64,000 nt of DNA from Candidatus Poseidoniaceae archaeon (GTDB taxonomy: Archaea; Thermoplasmatota; Poseidoniia; Poseidoniales; Poseidoniaceae). Each line of letters begins with the position of its first letter. Position 1 is the stretch's first letter. Where the stretch lies: NCBI GenBank assembly GCA_943788655.1, contig CALSRB010000005.1, positions 258,502 to 322,501 on the forward strand, read 5' to 3'. The notes below the pieces were generated by a model, which had not been told where the DNA came from, did no database searches, and saw only the letters and a list, made by a program, of their open reading frames with translations. This document shows positions 40,300-48,339 of this stretch, piece by piece. The translations under genes were made by a program, and so were the position numbers.

Positions 40300-43200
40300 T
40301 CATTCCCCCTTGAGCACACTGGCTAAGTCCGACTTCAATGCCCTGCGAGTGGTCACCAGAAGTGCCACAACAACTGCGGCGAACACTGCAAGCGACACCA
40401 AGATGATTTGAGACCATGGATAGACCAGCGTTCGCTGGATGGTGGTCGTTGAGCCTCCAAAGATTTGGAAGATGAATCCGAAGACGTCAAAGAACCCGTT
40501 AAAGGACAAGGCAAGACCGACACCGAGGACAATTCCGAGCGCCATTGAAACCATGACAATGGAGAGGATCTCGAACAACACCAACCGAATGATTTGGTTC
40601 GGAGATGCCCCAATGGCTTGGAGAACTGCGAGTTCCTTTTGCCTCTGGCTCAACACAAGTGAAAGGAAGACGAAACTTGAAGCGACAGCTGCGATGCTGG
40701 CGACGACGAATTGAAGCGAGAGCAATCCAGGTGTCCCAAAGATCAATCCTCCATTTCGCTCAACATCCTTGTGTGTGCTTGCCCAATCTTCGACGCTCGA
40801 GACGCGAGCGTCGGCAGATATCTTGGACCCCAAAGCCTCGAGTTCTTCGTTGTCTATGCCGTTCACATCAACAATCCATGTCGTTGATGTGTAATTATTG
40901 ACTTCATCATCGCCAACCAACGTGCGCCATGAGGATTCACCAATGATCAGTGAACCAAGGGCTGTAGCGGAGTTGACTCCAGGAATATATTCGTGGTTCC
41001 CCATGTAGTACATGTCTGCAGTGTAAGGCGTACTGGTGATTCTGACCGTGGTATCTGACAAGAACAACGGGGCTGCAAGCGGTGGTGGGACCAAAGAGGC
41101 ACCCGAAGCGCAGGATGTTTCTTCCGCAGCAGTGCCATCAGGGCAAGTCGCGTTGGTCAGTATTGCTTGAGATAAGTCAAAGAAACCGAACGCACCTTCA
41201 AGATTAGCGTCAGTGAAATCCGTTCCTTCAAGCGAGCCGCCCATGATGTTCACTAAGACGGTGTTTTGCAAGTTTGCACCTCTAAAATTGGCATATGACA
41301 AATCGGTGTTGACAAGAATGGATTCGCTCAAGTTGCTTTGAGCGAAATTCGAGCCTGTGAAGTTACCTCGTGAGAGGTCGACTCGGCCGATGTTGCGCCC
41401 ACTAAGGTCTTGTCCTGCGAGATCTAAATTGGACCAGTCGCTGTCCATCAAGAGAGTGTAGGCATCAAACAAAGCCATTGGGTCCGATTCATTTGAACCC
41501 CCGGTCGTGAAATTGAATTCGATTTTCTCCCATACGAGGGTGAGTGTTTTCGATTTATCATCGCCTGGTTTCAACAAGGTGTCATCGAGACGACCTTCTT
41601 CACCGCCTCGGCCTGATCCTGCCAGGTCAAGGGAGTACGCAGCGTCTTCTCCAGCGCTAAAGCCGCCTGCAGCGTAGGCTGCCAACGCATTATCGACATT
41701 GGAGCCCGGCAGAGCTTGTTCGCTCCATCGTAAGATGTCGCCGTTATTGTCCAGCAGAACATACGTTGGCAAGGTGTCGCCACCGTTGTTGTCGGCTAAG
41801 CCGATTTCAGCGACTGTTGTGGCCACTGGAGTGACACTCTCTTTGGTGAATTCACCGACAAGTTCGAGCAATGCAGTTTCGTTCAATGGTTGTTCAACCG
41901 TTATTTTGAGATCTGATCCGACTGTTGCATCAACCGTCTTTTCATCGACAAGAGTCCCTGTGTAACCTTGCACTGCTGCGAGGGTGACGATGGAAAGAGT
42001 GAGCAACATGATGACTGCCAAGCGGTTCACTGATTCAGCCGAACCCGATCCTTTCAAACCGCGTTTCACGTCCTTAAGAAGCGGCGTTCGACCAAAGATG
42101 ACCTGCATAATTTGAGGTCCACGTGCCCCGATGCGACCCAGCAAGAGAGCGCCGCCAATCCACAAAGCGAAGGGGCCAAAGATGTTAATCAGACCCTCGA
42201 AGAAGAAGTTGGATACAATACCATCTTCACTGCCATTGGATTCCAACCATGTGTCTGTTACCGCCAGCATACCAAAGAGGAAGGCAAGCCAGTGAAGCCA
42301 TCGCTTTGGTTCTGCAGCCTGACTTGTTTTGCGGACACCTTCTTCGATTTCGAGTTCAATGAATTGTCGCGAGCGGCTTCGTCCGAAGAGCAAGGCAAGT
42401 CCCAGTGTGGTCACTGCTGTGAAGATGGTGGAACCAATGGAGAGCGTTGGATTCACATCAAAATCACCCATCCTAAACTCCATGAAGCCCACCGCCGACA
42501 AGACAATCGGAACAGCCAACATCGCCAAGAGATACCCGGCGAGCCAAGCCACTGATGACATCACAAAGAGTTCCAGCAACACCATACCCTGCAGACTTTG
42601 ACCGTCGGCACCAATCACGCGATGAATGCTAATTTCCCGCCGCCGTTGTTCAAGCGAAAGGACAAGCCCGTAAATCAAAACTGAAATGGAAAGGAACACG
42701 ATTGGGATCATGATGATGTAATCGAAAATTTGAATCAGACCGAGGAAGATATTCAGGAACAAAATGGTTCCACTAATGATGTCAGTGTAGTACAGTTCAA
42801 CCCCTTCATCGGTATAAGAGCCGTCTTGTACCTCCGTGCCCAGTGCTTCCAACCATTCGGCTGCGTCGGCAGTTGATGTGGTCGGTAGTGCTCCCCGGTC
42901 AATTGTGGCACCGAGGTACATGTGATCGTTGTCCATCAGAACACTACGTTGCTCTTCTGTCATCACTTCCCATGTCGAAAAGATGGGATTGAATGGGAGG
43001 GTTGGGTTGCCGAAGTCCCATGGCTCATAGATGCCCATCACGGTGAGATTCTCAACGGTCATCCACATGCGACAGTAAATCATTTCATTGTTTTCAGGCG
43101 TGATCTCACCAGCACAATTTTCTTCAGTAACTGTTCCCTCGACGATGGTTGATTCATCAACGACGTAGGCAAAGGTGAGGGCGTCAAGAACATCTCCTAC

Positions 43201-43920
43201 ATTGGCTTGAGCCTCGCTCGCAATGGTTGAAGGGAGGATAACGCCGCGGTTGGCGGTCATGTTTTCTGGACTCGGCCATTCCCCTGCCCCAGCAATGATG
43301 TTTTCACTGTAGCGTTCAGCAAGTTCTCCGTCAAAGGCCTCAGGACCATAGAAACGAATGGCTCGCTTGTCTGAAATTGGTGGTCCAGCTTCTGCTGCTT
43401 CTGGGTAGTCGAACGTCACATTCCCCCAATATGGATTGGCATCATCCGTTACGATTCTCATTTCAAGTGGCTGAGCGACCACGAAGTCGATGTTGAATAA
43501 GCCCGCACTGTGGATGCCTTGACGGCCCAGGACAAGCGTACAGTCGTTAAACTGTGAGAATTCTTCCCGCAATTCATCGCATACTTCCACCATGGTCGAG
43601 GTGTTATTAGACCAGCCAGTGGCGTTCTCGACCGGTGTTCGAGCGTATTCGATTTTAGCATCAAGAGGTTCCGATTTGAGGGACTCTTCGAAAAAGAGTT
43701 GGGACAATCCAACGCCGTAGGCGAGCACGGTCGTGATGACAAGTGAAGCGAGAAAGACACCTGCAACAACCGCTAACCCTCGCTCTTTCCCACGCCAGGC
43801 CCCTTGACCTGCGAGGCGAAGACGAGTGGGGAGTTCCATTGCCTTGTGCTTTAGTCGGCCTAATCGCGAGCGTCCGGCGGAAAAGTCAGCGTCTTTTAGC
43901 TCATCTTTTGGTTCACTCAT
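40300..43920 (-). CDS. ABC transporter permease with two FtsX-type 4-TM domains and large extracytoplasmic regions, one carrying pentapeptide repeats (1206 aa)
   Basis: N-terminal TM LAVVAGVFLASLVITTVLAYGV. First FtsX block at ~aa 370-560, second at ~aa 1080-1200 (LSQRQKELAVLQAIGASPNQI is FtsX-like). Between them lies a pentapeptide-repeat run DLSGRNIGRVDLSRGNFTGSNFAQSNLSESILVNTDLSYANFRGANLQNTVL. Start overlaps the upstream ATPase stop by 4 nt. Confidence 0.8.
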   Translation of the reverse strand: MSEPKDELKDADFSAGRSRLGRLKHKAMELPTRLRLAGQGAWRGKERGLAVVAGVFLASLVITTVLAYGVGLSQLFFEESLKSEPLDAKIEYARTPVENATGWSNNTSTMVEVCDELREEFSQFNDCTLVLGRQGIHSAGLFNIDFVVAQPLEMRIVTDDANPYWGNVTFDYPEAAEAGPPISDKRAIRFYGPEAFDGELAERYSENIIAGAGEWPSPENMTANRGVILPSTIASEAQANVGDVLDALTFAYVVDESTIVEGTVTEENCAGEITPENNEMIYCRMWMTVENLTVMGIYEPWDFGNPTLPFNPIFSTWEVMTEEQRSVLMDNDHMYLGATIDRGALPTTSTADAAEWLEALGTEVQDGSYTDEGVELYYTDIISGTILFLNIFLGLIQIFDYIIMIPIVFLSISVLIYGLVLSLEQRRREISIHRVIGADGQSLQGMVLLELFVMSSVAWLAGYLLAMLAVPIVLSAVGFMEFRMGDFDVNPTLSIGSTIFTAVTTLGLALLFGRSRSRQFIELEIEEGVRKTSQAAEPKRWLHWLAFLFGMLAVTDTWLESNGSEDGIVSNFFFEGLINIFGPFALWIGGALLLGRIGARGPQIMQVIFGRTPLLKDVKRGLKGSGSAESVNRLAVIMLLTLSIVTLAAVQGYTGTLVDEKTVDATVGSDLKITVEQPLNETALLELVGEFTKESVTPVATTVAEIGLADNNGGDTLPTYVLLDNNGDILRWSEQALPGSNVDNALAAYAAGGFSAGEDAAYSLDLAGSGRGGEEGRLDDTLLKPGDDKSKTLTLVWEKIEFNFTTGGSNESDPMALFDAYTLLMDSDWSNLDLAGQDLSGRNIGRVDLSRGNFTGSNFAQSNLSESILVNTDLSYANFRGANLQNTVLVNIMGGSLEGTDFTDANLEGAFGFFDLSQAILTNATCPDGTAAEETSCASGASLVPPPLAAPLFLSDTTVRITSTPYTADMYYMGNHEYIPGVNSATALGSLIIGESSWRTLVGDDEVNNYTSTTWIVDVNGIDNEELEALGSKISADARVSSVEDWASTHKDVERNGGLIFGTPGLLSLQFVVASIAAVASSFVFLSLVLSQRQKELAVLQAIGASPNQIIRLVLFEILSIVMVSMALGIVLGVGLALSFNGFFDVFGFIFQIFGGSTTTIQRTLVYPWSQIILVSLAVFAAVVVALLVTTRRALKSDLASVLKGE

Positions 43921-44642
43921 TCTTCTTCCCCTCCTTGTTCGTCATCAAGACCCCAGGCAGATCGGATGTCAGATGCCTCCGTACGTCCATCGTTGAGCAA
44001 CAACATTCGGTCGGCGTTTGAAGCCAAATCTGGGTCGTGTGTTACCATCAAAATTGAGACCGGATTCACAGCATCATGGCAGAGTTCTTTGAAGAGAGCC
44101 ATGACTTCCTTCCCGCTTGCAATGTCGAGGTTTCCAGTCGGTTCATCCGCTAGGAGGACGGGACGGTTGCCTGCGATTGCCCGAGCGATCGCAACGCGTT
44201 GTTGTTGACCACCTGAAAGTTGGTCTGGAATGAAGTCCATGCGATCTCCAAGGCCGACTTTTTCCAGCGCAACCTTAGCAGCTTGCACCGCATTGAAAGA
44301 TGGCATACCTGAAAGTTCGAGGGCCATGGCCACATTGTCAACAGCCGTGAGGTTGTCCAAGAGGTGGAAGTCTTGGAAAATCCAGCCAACGGATTCACGA
44401 CGAACATCGACGACTGAAGAGGGATTTTTGGTACCGTATTTCTTTTCACCGAGTGTGATCGATCCGCTGTCACCAGAAAGCAAGCCTCCAATGATGTTGA
44501 GCAACGTCGACTTCCCCGAGCCAGAAGGTCCCATCAATGCAACCATCTCGCCTTGTTTGATGCTCATGTCCACGCCTTTGAGGACTTGCAGTTTGTTGGA
44601 GCCAGACCCGAAAGCCTTCGTAAGATTGGTAACTTCTAGCAT
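43917..44642 (-). CDS. ABC transporter ATP-binding protein (LolD/MacB-like), first gene of operon
   Basis: Walker [13 protein letters not shown], signature [15 protein letters not shown], Walker B VLLADEPTGNLD. Confidence 0.85.
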   Translation of the reverse strand: MLEVTNLTKAFGSGSNKLQVLKGVDMSIKQGEMVALMGPSGSGKSTLLNIIGGLLSGDSGSITLGEKKYGTKNPSSVVDVRRESVGWIFQDFHLLDNLTAVDNVAMALELSGMPSFNAVQAAKVALEKVGLGDRMDFIPDQLSGGQQQRVAIARAIAGNRPVLLADEPTGNLDIASGKEVMALFKELCHDAVNPVSILMVTHDPDLASNADRMLLLNDGRTEASDIRSAWGLDDEQGGEEE

Positions 44643-44702
44643 GTGTGTTCCTCCTTGTATGTTCTTTTTTCTAAAATGGATATATCAATGCCTGTTTTAC
44701 AA
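44643..44702 (-). promoter_or_regulatory. promoter/RBS region of the ABC operon: TATA-like GATATATC palindrome and strong SD (AAGGAGGA) 5 nt upstream of ATG
   Basis: The minus-strand sequence upstream of the 44642 start reads ...TTGATATATCCATTTTAGAAAAAAGAACATACAAGGAGGAACAC-ATG. The AT-rich element sits ~40 nt upstream of the start codon. The TetR gene ends immediately upstream. Confidence 0.4.
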
Positions 44703-45347
44703 TCAACTCATCGCATCCTCGTCGACAGGTCGTAAAATCAAATGGAGGGTTCGCCCGAGCAAGTCATGAAGCAACAGGGTTTCCTCTGAAGGTGGCTTGC
44801 CTTTGGTGTACGTCTGGAGCGTCGGTCCGTAAAATGCATCACCGACGCCATCAGTCAAATTCTGAAGAACCTCAATCGAAAGGTCAGTGCGCACCAGCCC
44901 CCATTCTTGGCCCAATCTGAGCCCTTCACGGAAATGGCTTTGAAGCGGTGCACTGCACACGACAAGCCGTTCGTAAATCGGGTGGTTCGAGGGGATCTGT
45001 TGGGAAACCATTTGCCCGATCTCAACAAAATCATTGTCATCCCAAAACCGCTCTGTAATGAGTCTGGATTCACGCATGTGAACCCAATAATCTGTTGGGG
45101 AAGTCGGTTGGCCATGCTCATCAAGGCGTAAACGAAGCGCATCCAATCCTTCTTTCATGACGGTGAAAAACAAATCTGCCTTGTCTTCAAACCAATAGTA
45201 AAACTGCCCTTTTGAAATTTCAAGTTCCTTTAGGAGCAGGTTGAGCGACGTAGCATCATAGCCATGAATCGCGAACTGAATTTTGGAAATCCCGAGCACC
45301 CGTTCCTTCTCCTCGTCAGGAAGATTGAGAAATCGGTTCAACGGCAT
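44703..45347 (-). CDS. TetR/AcrR-family transcriptional regulator
   Basis: N-terminal HTH ...ATSLNLLLKELEISKGQFYYWFEDKADLF matches the TetR_N signature. A TATA-like GGTATAAATATC lies ~35-45 nt upstream of its start. Confidence 0.8.
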   Translation of the reverse strand: MPLNRFLNLPDEEKERVLGISKIQFAIHGYDATSLNLLLKELEISKGQFYYWFEDKADLFFTVMKEGLDALRLRLDEHGQPTSPTDYWVHMRESRLITERFWDDNDFVEIGQMVSQQIPSNHPIYERLVVCSAPLQSHFREGLRLGQEWGLVRTDLSIEVLQNLTDGVGDAFYGPTLQTYTKGKPPSEETLLLHDLLGRTLHLILRPVDEDAMS

Positions 45348-45539
45348 GGCTTCACTTCAAACCGCCGGTCTGACCCCCGGTATAAATATCTTTGTCGGGG
45401 CTCCCAATCATCAAATTCGCAGGATAGAGAAGTCTTCGGTGCTATGTTGATCACCTCGAACGAGGTAAAACCCTCTGGCATTTTTGAAGAAAGCTACCGC
45501 TGAAGTGCACAGCAAATAACTGGCTCAAACGAGCGAGGT

Positions 45540-45731
45540 TCACTCGACCTTACTGACGCCAACGGCGTTTGGTCCCTTTGGACTTTCGCCGATTTCGAAA
45601 GTGACGGTATCACCGTCGGTGATTTCTCCGGTAACTTCGGAGATGTGCACGAAGAGATCGTCGCCACCCTCAATTTCAATAAATCCGAATCCTTTTACTT
45701 GGTTAAACCACTTGACAGTTCCTTGCGCCAT
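45540..45731 (-). CDS. csp: cold-shock protein (CspA family)
   Basis: [33 protein letters not shown] carries the RNP1 motif KGFGFI and RNP2-like FVHIS; 63 aa. Confidence 0.9.
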   Translation of the reverse strand: MAQGTVKWFNQVKGFGFIEIEGGDDLFVHISEVTGEITDGDTVTFEIGESPKGPNAVGVSKVE

Positions 45732-45804
45732 ATTCCCGTCTCAATGCATCAAGTACTTGAGGAAGATGGATGGGGGAACAGGCAAAGTAGCGGAGTTTCG
45801 ACCT

Positions 45805-46776
45805 TCAAGACTCGGCCGAAGCGCTTGTTTGGGCACTTTTTCTCATGAGGCTGGTGAACAATGGAGGAAGAAGAGCAGCCCAGAACATCACGTAGTAGCC
45901 AAACGGCAATTGAGGTGCTTCGTCGTGGACATCCAACCGATGGTAAGGGGTGCTCGCTTTGAGATGATGTGATGGGTGAAGGGGAAGTTCAAGGAGGGTC
46001 CAACGGGACCAACGATGACGGCTTTCCCAAGCATGCGTGGCGTTCGGTCGCTCATCGGCACCTCGCTGCAAACCGTGATGTTGGAGGTAATTGACATATT
46101 CGACGAGGAAAATGGCTACGGCGGCCTGAGAAACAAAGGCCAAACAAAGCACTGGACTGTACACACCAAGGCACAGCAAGAACGTCGCCTCGAGTGCCAA
46201 TGATCGACCGGTGTCTTTTGGTCGAGCCTTCCATGCCCCGCGAATTTGCAACGGCACCGTTCGCAGCACATGGAAGTAGAGGTTTCGCCCCCAGGGCGAG
46301 GAAGTTGGATCGACCGGGCGAGCCCAGTGTCTGTGGTGAGTGTGGTTGTGCTCAACCGTGAAGTGTAGGTAAAGAACGCTGAACAAGTCAAGGCGAGCAA
46401 GCCACCAGCTCGTTGAGCGAAGGCGACGGTGACCAAGTTCATGGGCAGCGACGATGCCTGAGCCGCCGGTACTCAAGCCTGTTGAAATGACGCCCAACCA
46501 GACAAAACCGTTCAGTCCGTCGATTGAAACTCGCCATAGAAGGGTGACGACAAGGATCGGAACGAGAAGACCGTGAAGGTGGAGAATGATGTTGTGGGCT
46601 CGACCTTCTTGGAGGGGGTTCGTACTGGTGCTCTTTCCTGCGATGAGTTCGATCAGTGGATACACCAAAAGAACGGTGAAAATGGTCAGTCCCATCCACC
46701 ACGATCCAGCGAGCAGGCTGGCCAAGGTCATGGCAGGAGCAACAAGACCCAGCACGTGTGGTTGCCACTTGTTCAT
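45805..46776 (-). CDS. AlkB-type integral-membrane di-iron hydroxylase / fatty-acid desaturase superfamily protein
   Basis: Histidine boxes HELGHR, EHNHTHH and LPLHPSHH, plus NYLQHHGL (compare AlkB NYIEHYGL), in a multi-TM protein of 323 aa. Confidence 0.7.
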   Translation of the reverse strand: MNKWQPHVLGLVAPAMTLASLLAGSWWMGLTIFTVLLVYPLIELIAGKSTSTNPLQEGRAHNIILHLHGLLVPILVVTLLWRVSIDGLNGFVWLGVISTGLSTGGSGIVAAHELGHRRLRSTSWWLARLDLFSVLYLHFTVEHNHTHHRHWARPVDPTSSPWGRNLYFHVLRTVPLQIRGAWKARPKDTGRSLALEATFLLCLGVYSPVLCLAFVSQAAVAIFLVEYVNYLQHHGLQRGADERPNATHAWESRHRWSRWTLLELPLHPSHHLKASTPYHRLDVHDEAPQLPFGYYVMFWAALLPPLFTSLMRKSAQTSASAES

Positions 46777-46813
46777 GTGGCTTCATCGGCGGGTGGGTTA
46801 AGTGGCTTTGCAA

Positions 46814-46930
46814 TCACTGGCCCGATAAGAATCGGAAAAGTCGGGTGAAAAACGAAGGTCGGAAGATTCCATTGTTGGTTTCTTGGCGATCCATGACGGT
46901 ATCGACGTATGAAGAGAGGTAGGCGTCCAT
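46814..46930 (-). CDS. small ORF B (38 aa), paralog of adjacent small ORF A
   Basis: ATG overlaps the TGA of sORF A (TGATG). MDAYLSSYVDTVMDRQETNNGIFRPS... shares Y-[IV]-D-x-V-M-D-x-Q-x-x-x-N-G-I-F with sORF A. Confidence 0.25.
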   Translation of the reverse strand: MDAYLSSYVDTVMDRQETNNGIFRPSFFTRLFRFLSGQ

Positions 46931-47094
46931 CAGAGTTGACCCCCATCGATGTGGAATGTACCACGTGCGTTTGGCGTTGCTCGATAATCAGCAATTGCAT
47001 GGATGATGGTTTCCATGACGTTCGCAAATATACCATTGCGATGGTTTTGCTGATCCATTACTGCGTCGATGTATGTTTCTAGTTCGATGTCCAT
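46930..47094 (-). CDS. small ORF A (54 aa)
   Basis: MDIELETYIDAVMDQQNHRNGIFANV... It is preceded by GAGGGAACAAAC-ATG (SD-like), a 6-bp stem hairpin (CTGAAG...CTTCAG) and a TATA-like TACAAATATACA ~45 nt upstream. Below the ORF-track size cutoff. Confidence 0.3.
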   Translation of the reverse strand: MDIELETYIDAVMDQQNHRNGIFANVMETIIHAIADYRATPNARGTFHIDGGQL

Positions 47095-47174
47095 GTTTGT
47101 TCCCTCTGAAGCTTGTTTGTCTTCAGTGTATATTTGTAACCGGACCTATATCAACCAGTGGTGAATTCGCCAAC

Positions 47175-47217
47175 ACATAGGTGCAATAATAAAAGTAGAT
47201 GTTCTTAAAAACACTGA
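47175..47217 (-). terminator. T-rich tract downstream of the PhoU-like gene (archaeal oligo-T terminator candidate)
   Basis: The minus-strand sequence after the stop reads ATCAGTGTTTTTAAGAACATCTACTTTTATTATT. Confidence 0.3.
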
Positions 47218-48276
47218 TTAGTCGATGCGTTGCAGTTCACTGAATACCTTCATGTTGAGCAGGATTTCCCCAAAATCTCGAGCGTATGCACACAATCTCC
47301 GAACTGACTCCGAGAGCCGCAAATCAAAGGCCATCCACTGATTTGAGCGATGGTGTTCGAGGACGTCTTGCTCGTGTGCGAGCAATCGCCGTTGTGCTTC
47401 TTTGAGGTCGTAGCGAGCCGCTTCAATACGATTTGAGTCACGTGTACGGATGTTGATCATCAGTTCTTTTAGGCTCCCTTGCCAAATCGGTAGTTGCTCC
47501 AATGGCGTCATGCTGATCATGTTCTTTGTGATCTTTGGATGTTCGATGACCAGGTTTGCGATGCTGAATGAATGGTCCATCATGCGTTCGAGCGCCCTGG
47601 CAAGATTAGCATATTCGACAGCTTGCGTTCGTGTGAGGTTGAGTTGTGTGGCCACTGCGTGCGAATCAAGAAGAATTCGAACCTGGCGGTCAATCAGGTA
47701 CAGCAGGGCGTCGACTTCATTCTCTCGCTCTTCTGCGTCAGTGATGTATGAGCGGCTTTCGCCCTCAAACACGCTGATGATGTCCCGGGTTAACGAAGTC
47801 ACTTGCAAGTACATGCGGTTGAGGCTTGCGTGAAGCGGCATGTCGCCAGCATTCATCAAGCACTTGAGTTGAATGCTGTTTTCTGATTCATCCATGATTT
47901 CAAAGCCGCGGGTGCTTCGCAAGAACCTTCTCACTTGGACGCTCACATCCTTCGCCTCGTCAGTTCGATGGACAATCTGAATCTCATCAGAACCCGATAT
48001 GTAGGCACCCATCAAATGGTCGTGCAGACTGTTTTCAGGCAAATTTTTGGTTGTAAAAAACGCCTTATGGAGCAGTTGCTCTTTGGCATCTAAAGGCGTA
48101 ATCCGCAAGGCCCCACTTGGCCGCCAGTCGACCCGCAACGAGTCGCGTGCTGCAAGACCTTGTGCCATTACCCACGGCTTTGGGAGGCTGACTGTGAACG
48201 TGCTGCCGCCTGTGGACTGGAGTTTGCGGACTTCGTTTTTTCCTTCACCGATTGACATTGGAACACCCTCTCCCAA
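47218..48276 (-). CDS. phosphate-uptake regulator PhoU-like protein with N-terminal AbrB/SpoVT-type swapped-hairpin domain
   Basis: N-terminus GGSTFTVSLPKPWVMAQGLAARDSLRV is AbrB/MazE-like. The remaining ~280 aa form two helical PhoU-like repeats. Divergent from the PiT gene. Confidence 0.55.
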   Translation of the reverse strand: MGEGVPMSIGEGKNEVRKLQSTGGSTFTVSLPKPWVMAQGLAARDSLRVDWRPSGALRITPLDAKEQLLHKAFFTTKNLPENSLHDHLMGAYISGSDEIQIVHRTDEAKDVSVQVRRFLRSTRGFEIMDESENSIQLKCLMNAGDMPLHASLNRMYLQVTSLTRDIISVFEGESRSYITDAEERENEVDALLYLIDRQVRILLDSHAVATQLNLTRTQAVEYANLARALERMMDHSFSIANLVIEHPKITKNMISMTPLEQLPIWQGSLKELMINIRTRDSNRIEAARYDLKEAQRRLLAHEQDVLEHHRSNQWMAFDLRLSESVRRLCAYARDFGEILLNMKVFSELQRID

Positions 48277-48339
48277 TAAATACCTCTATATAGAATATAC
48301 ATGGTTTTGGATATATACTGAATTTGAGTAGAGCAACAC
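48277..48339. promoter_or_regulatory. divergent AT-rich intergenic region with multiple TATA-like elements between the PhoU-like and PiT genes
   Basis: CTCTATATAGAATATACATGGTTTTGGATATATACTGA carries TATATA elements ~25-30 nt from each divergent start codon. Confidence 0.45.
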
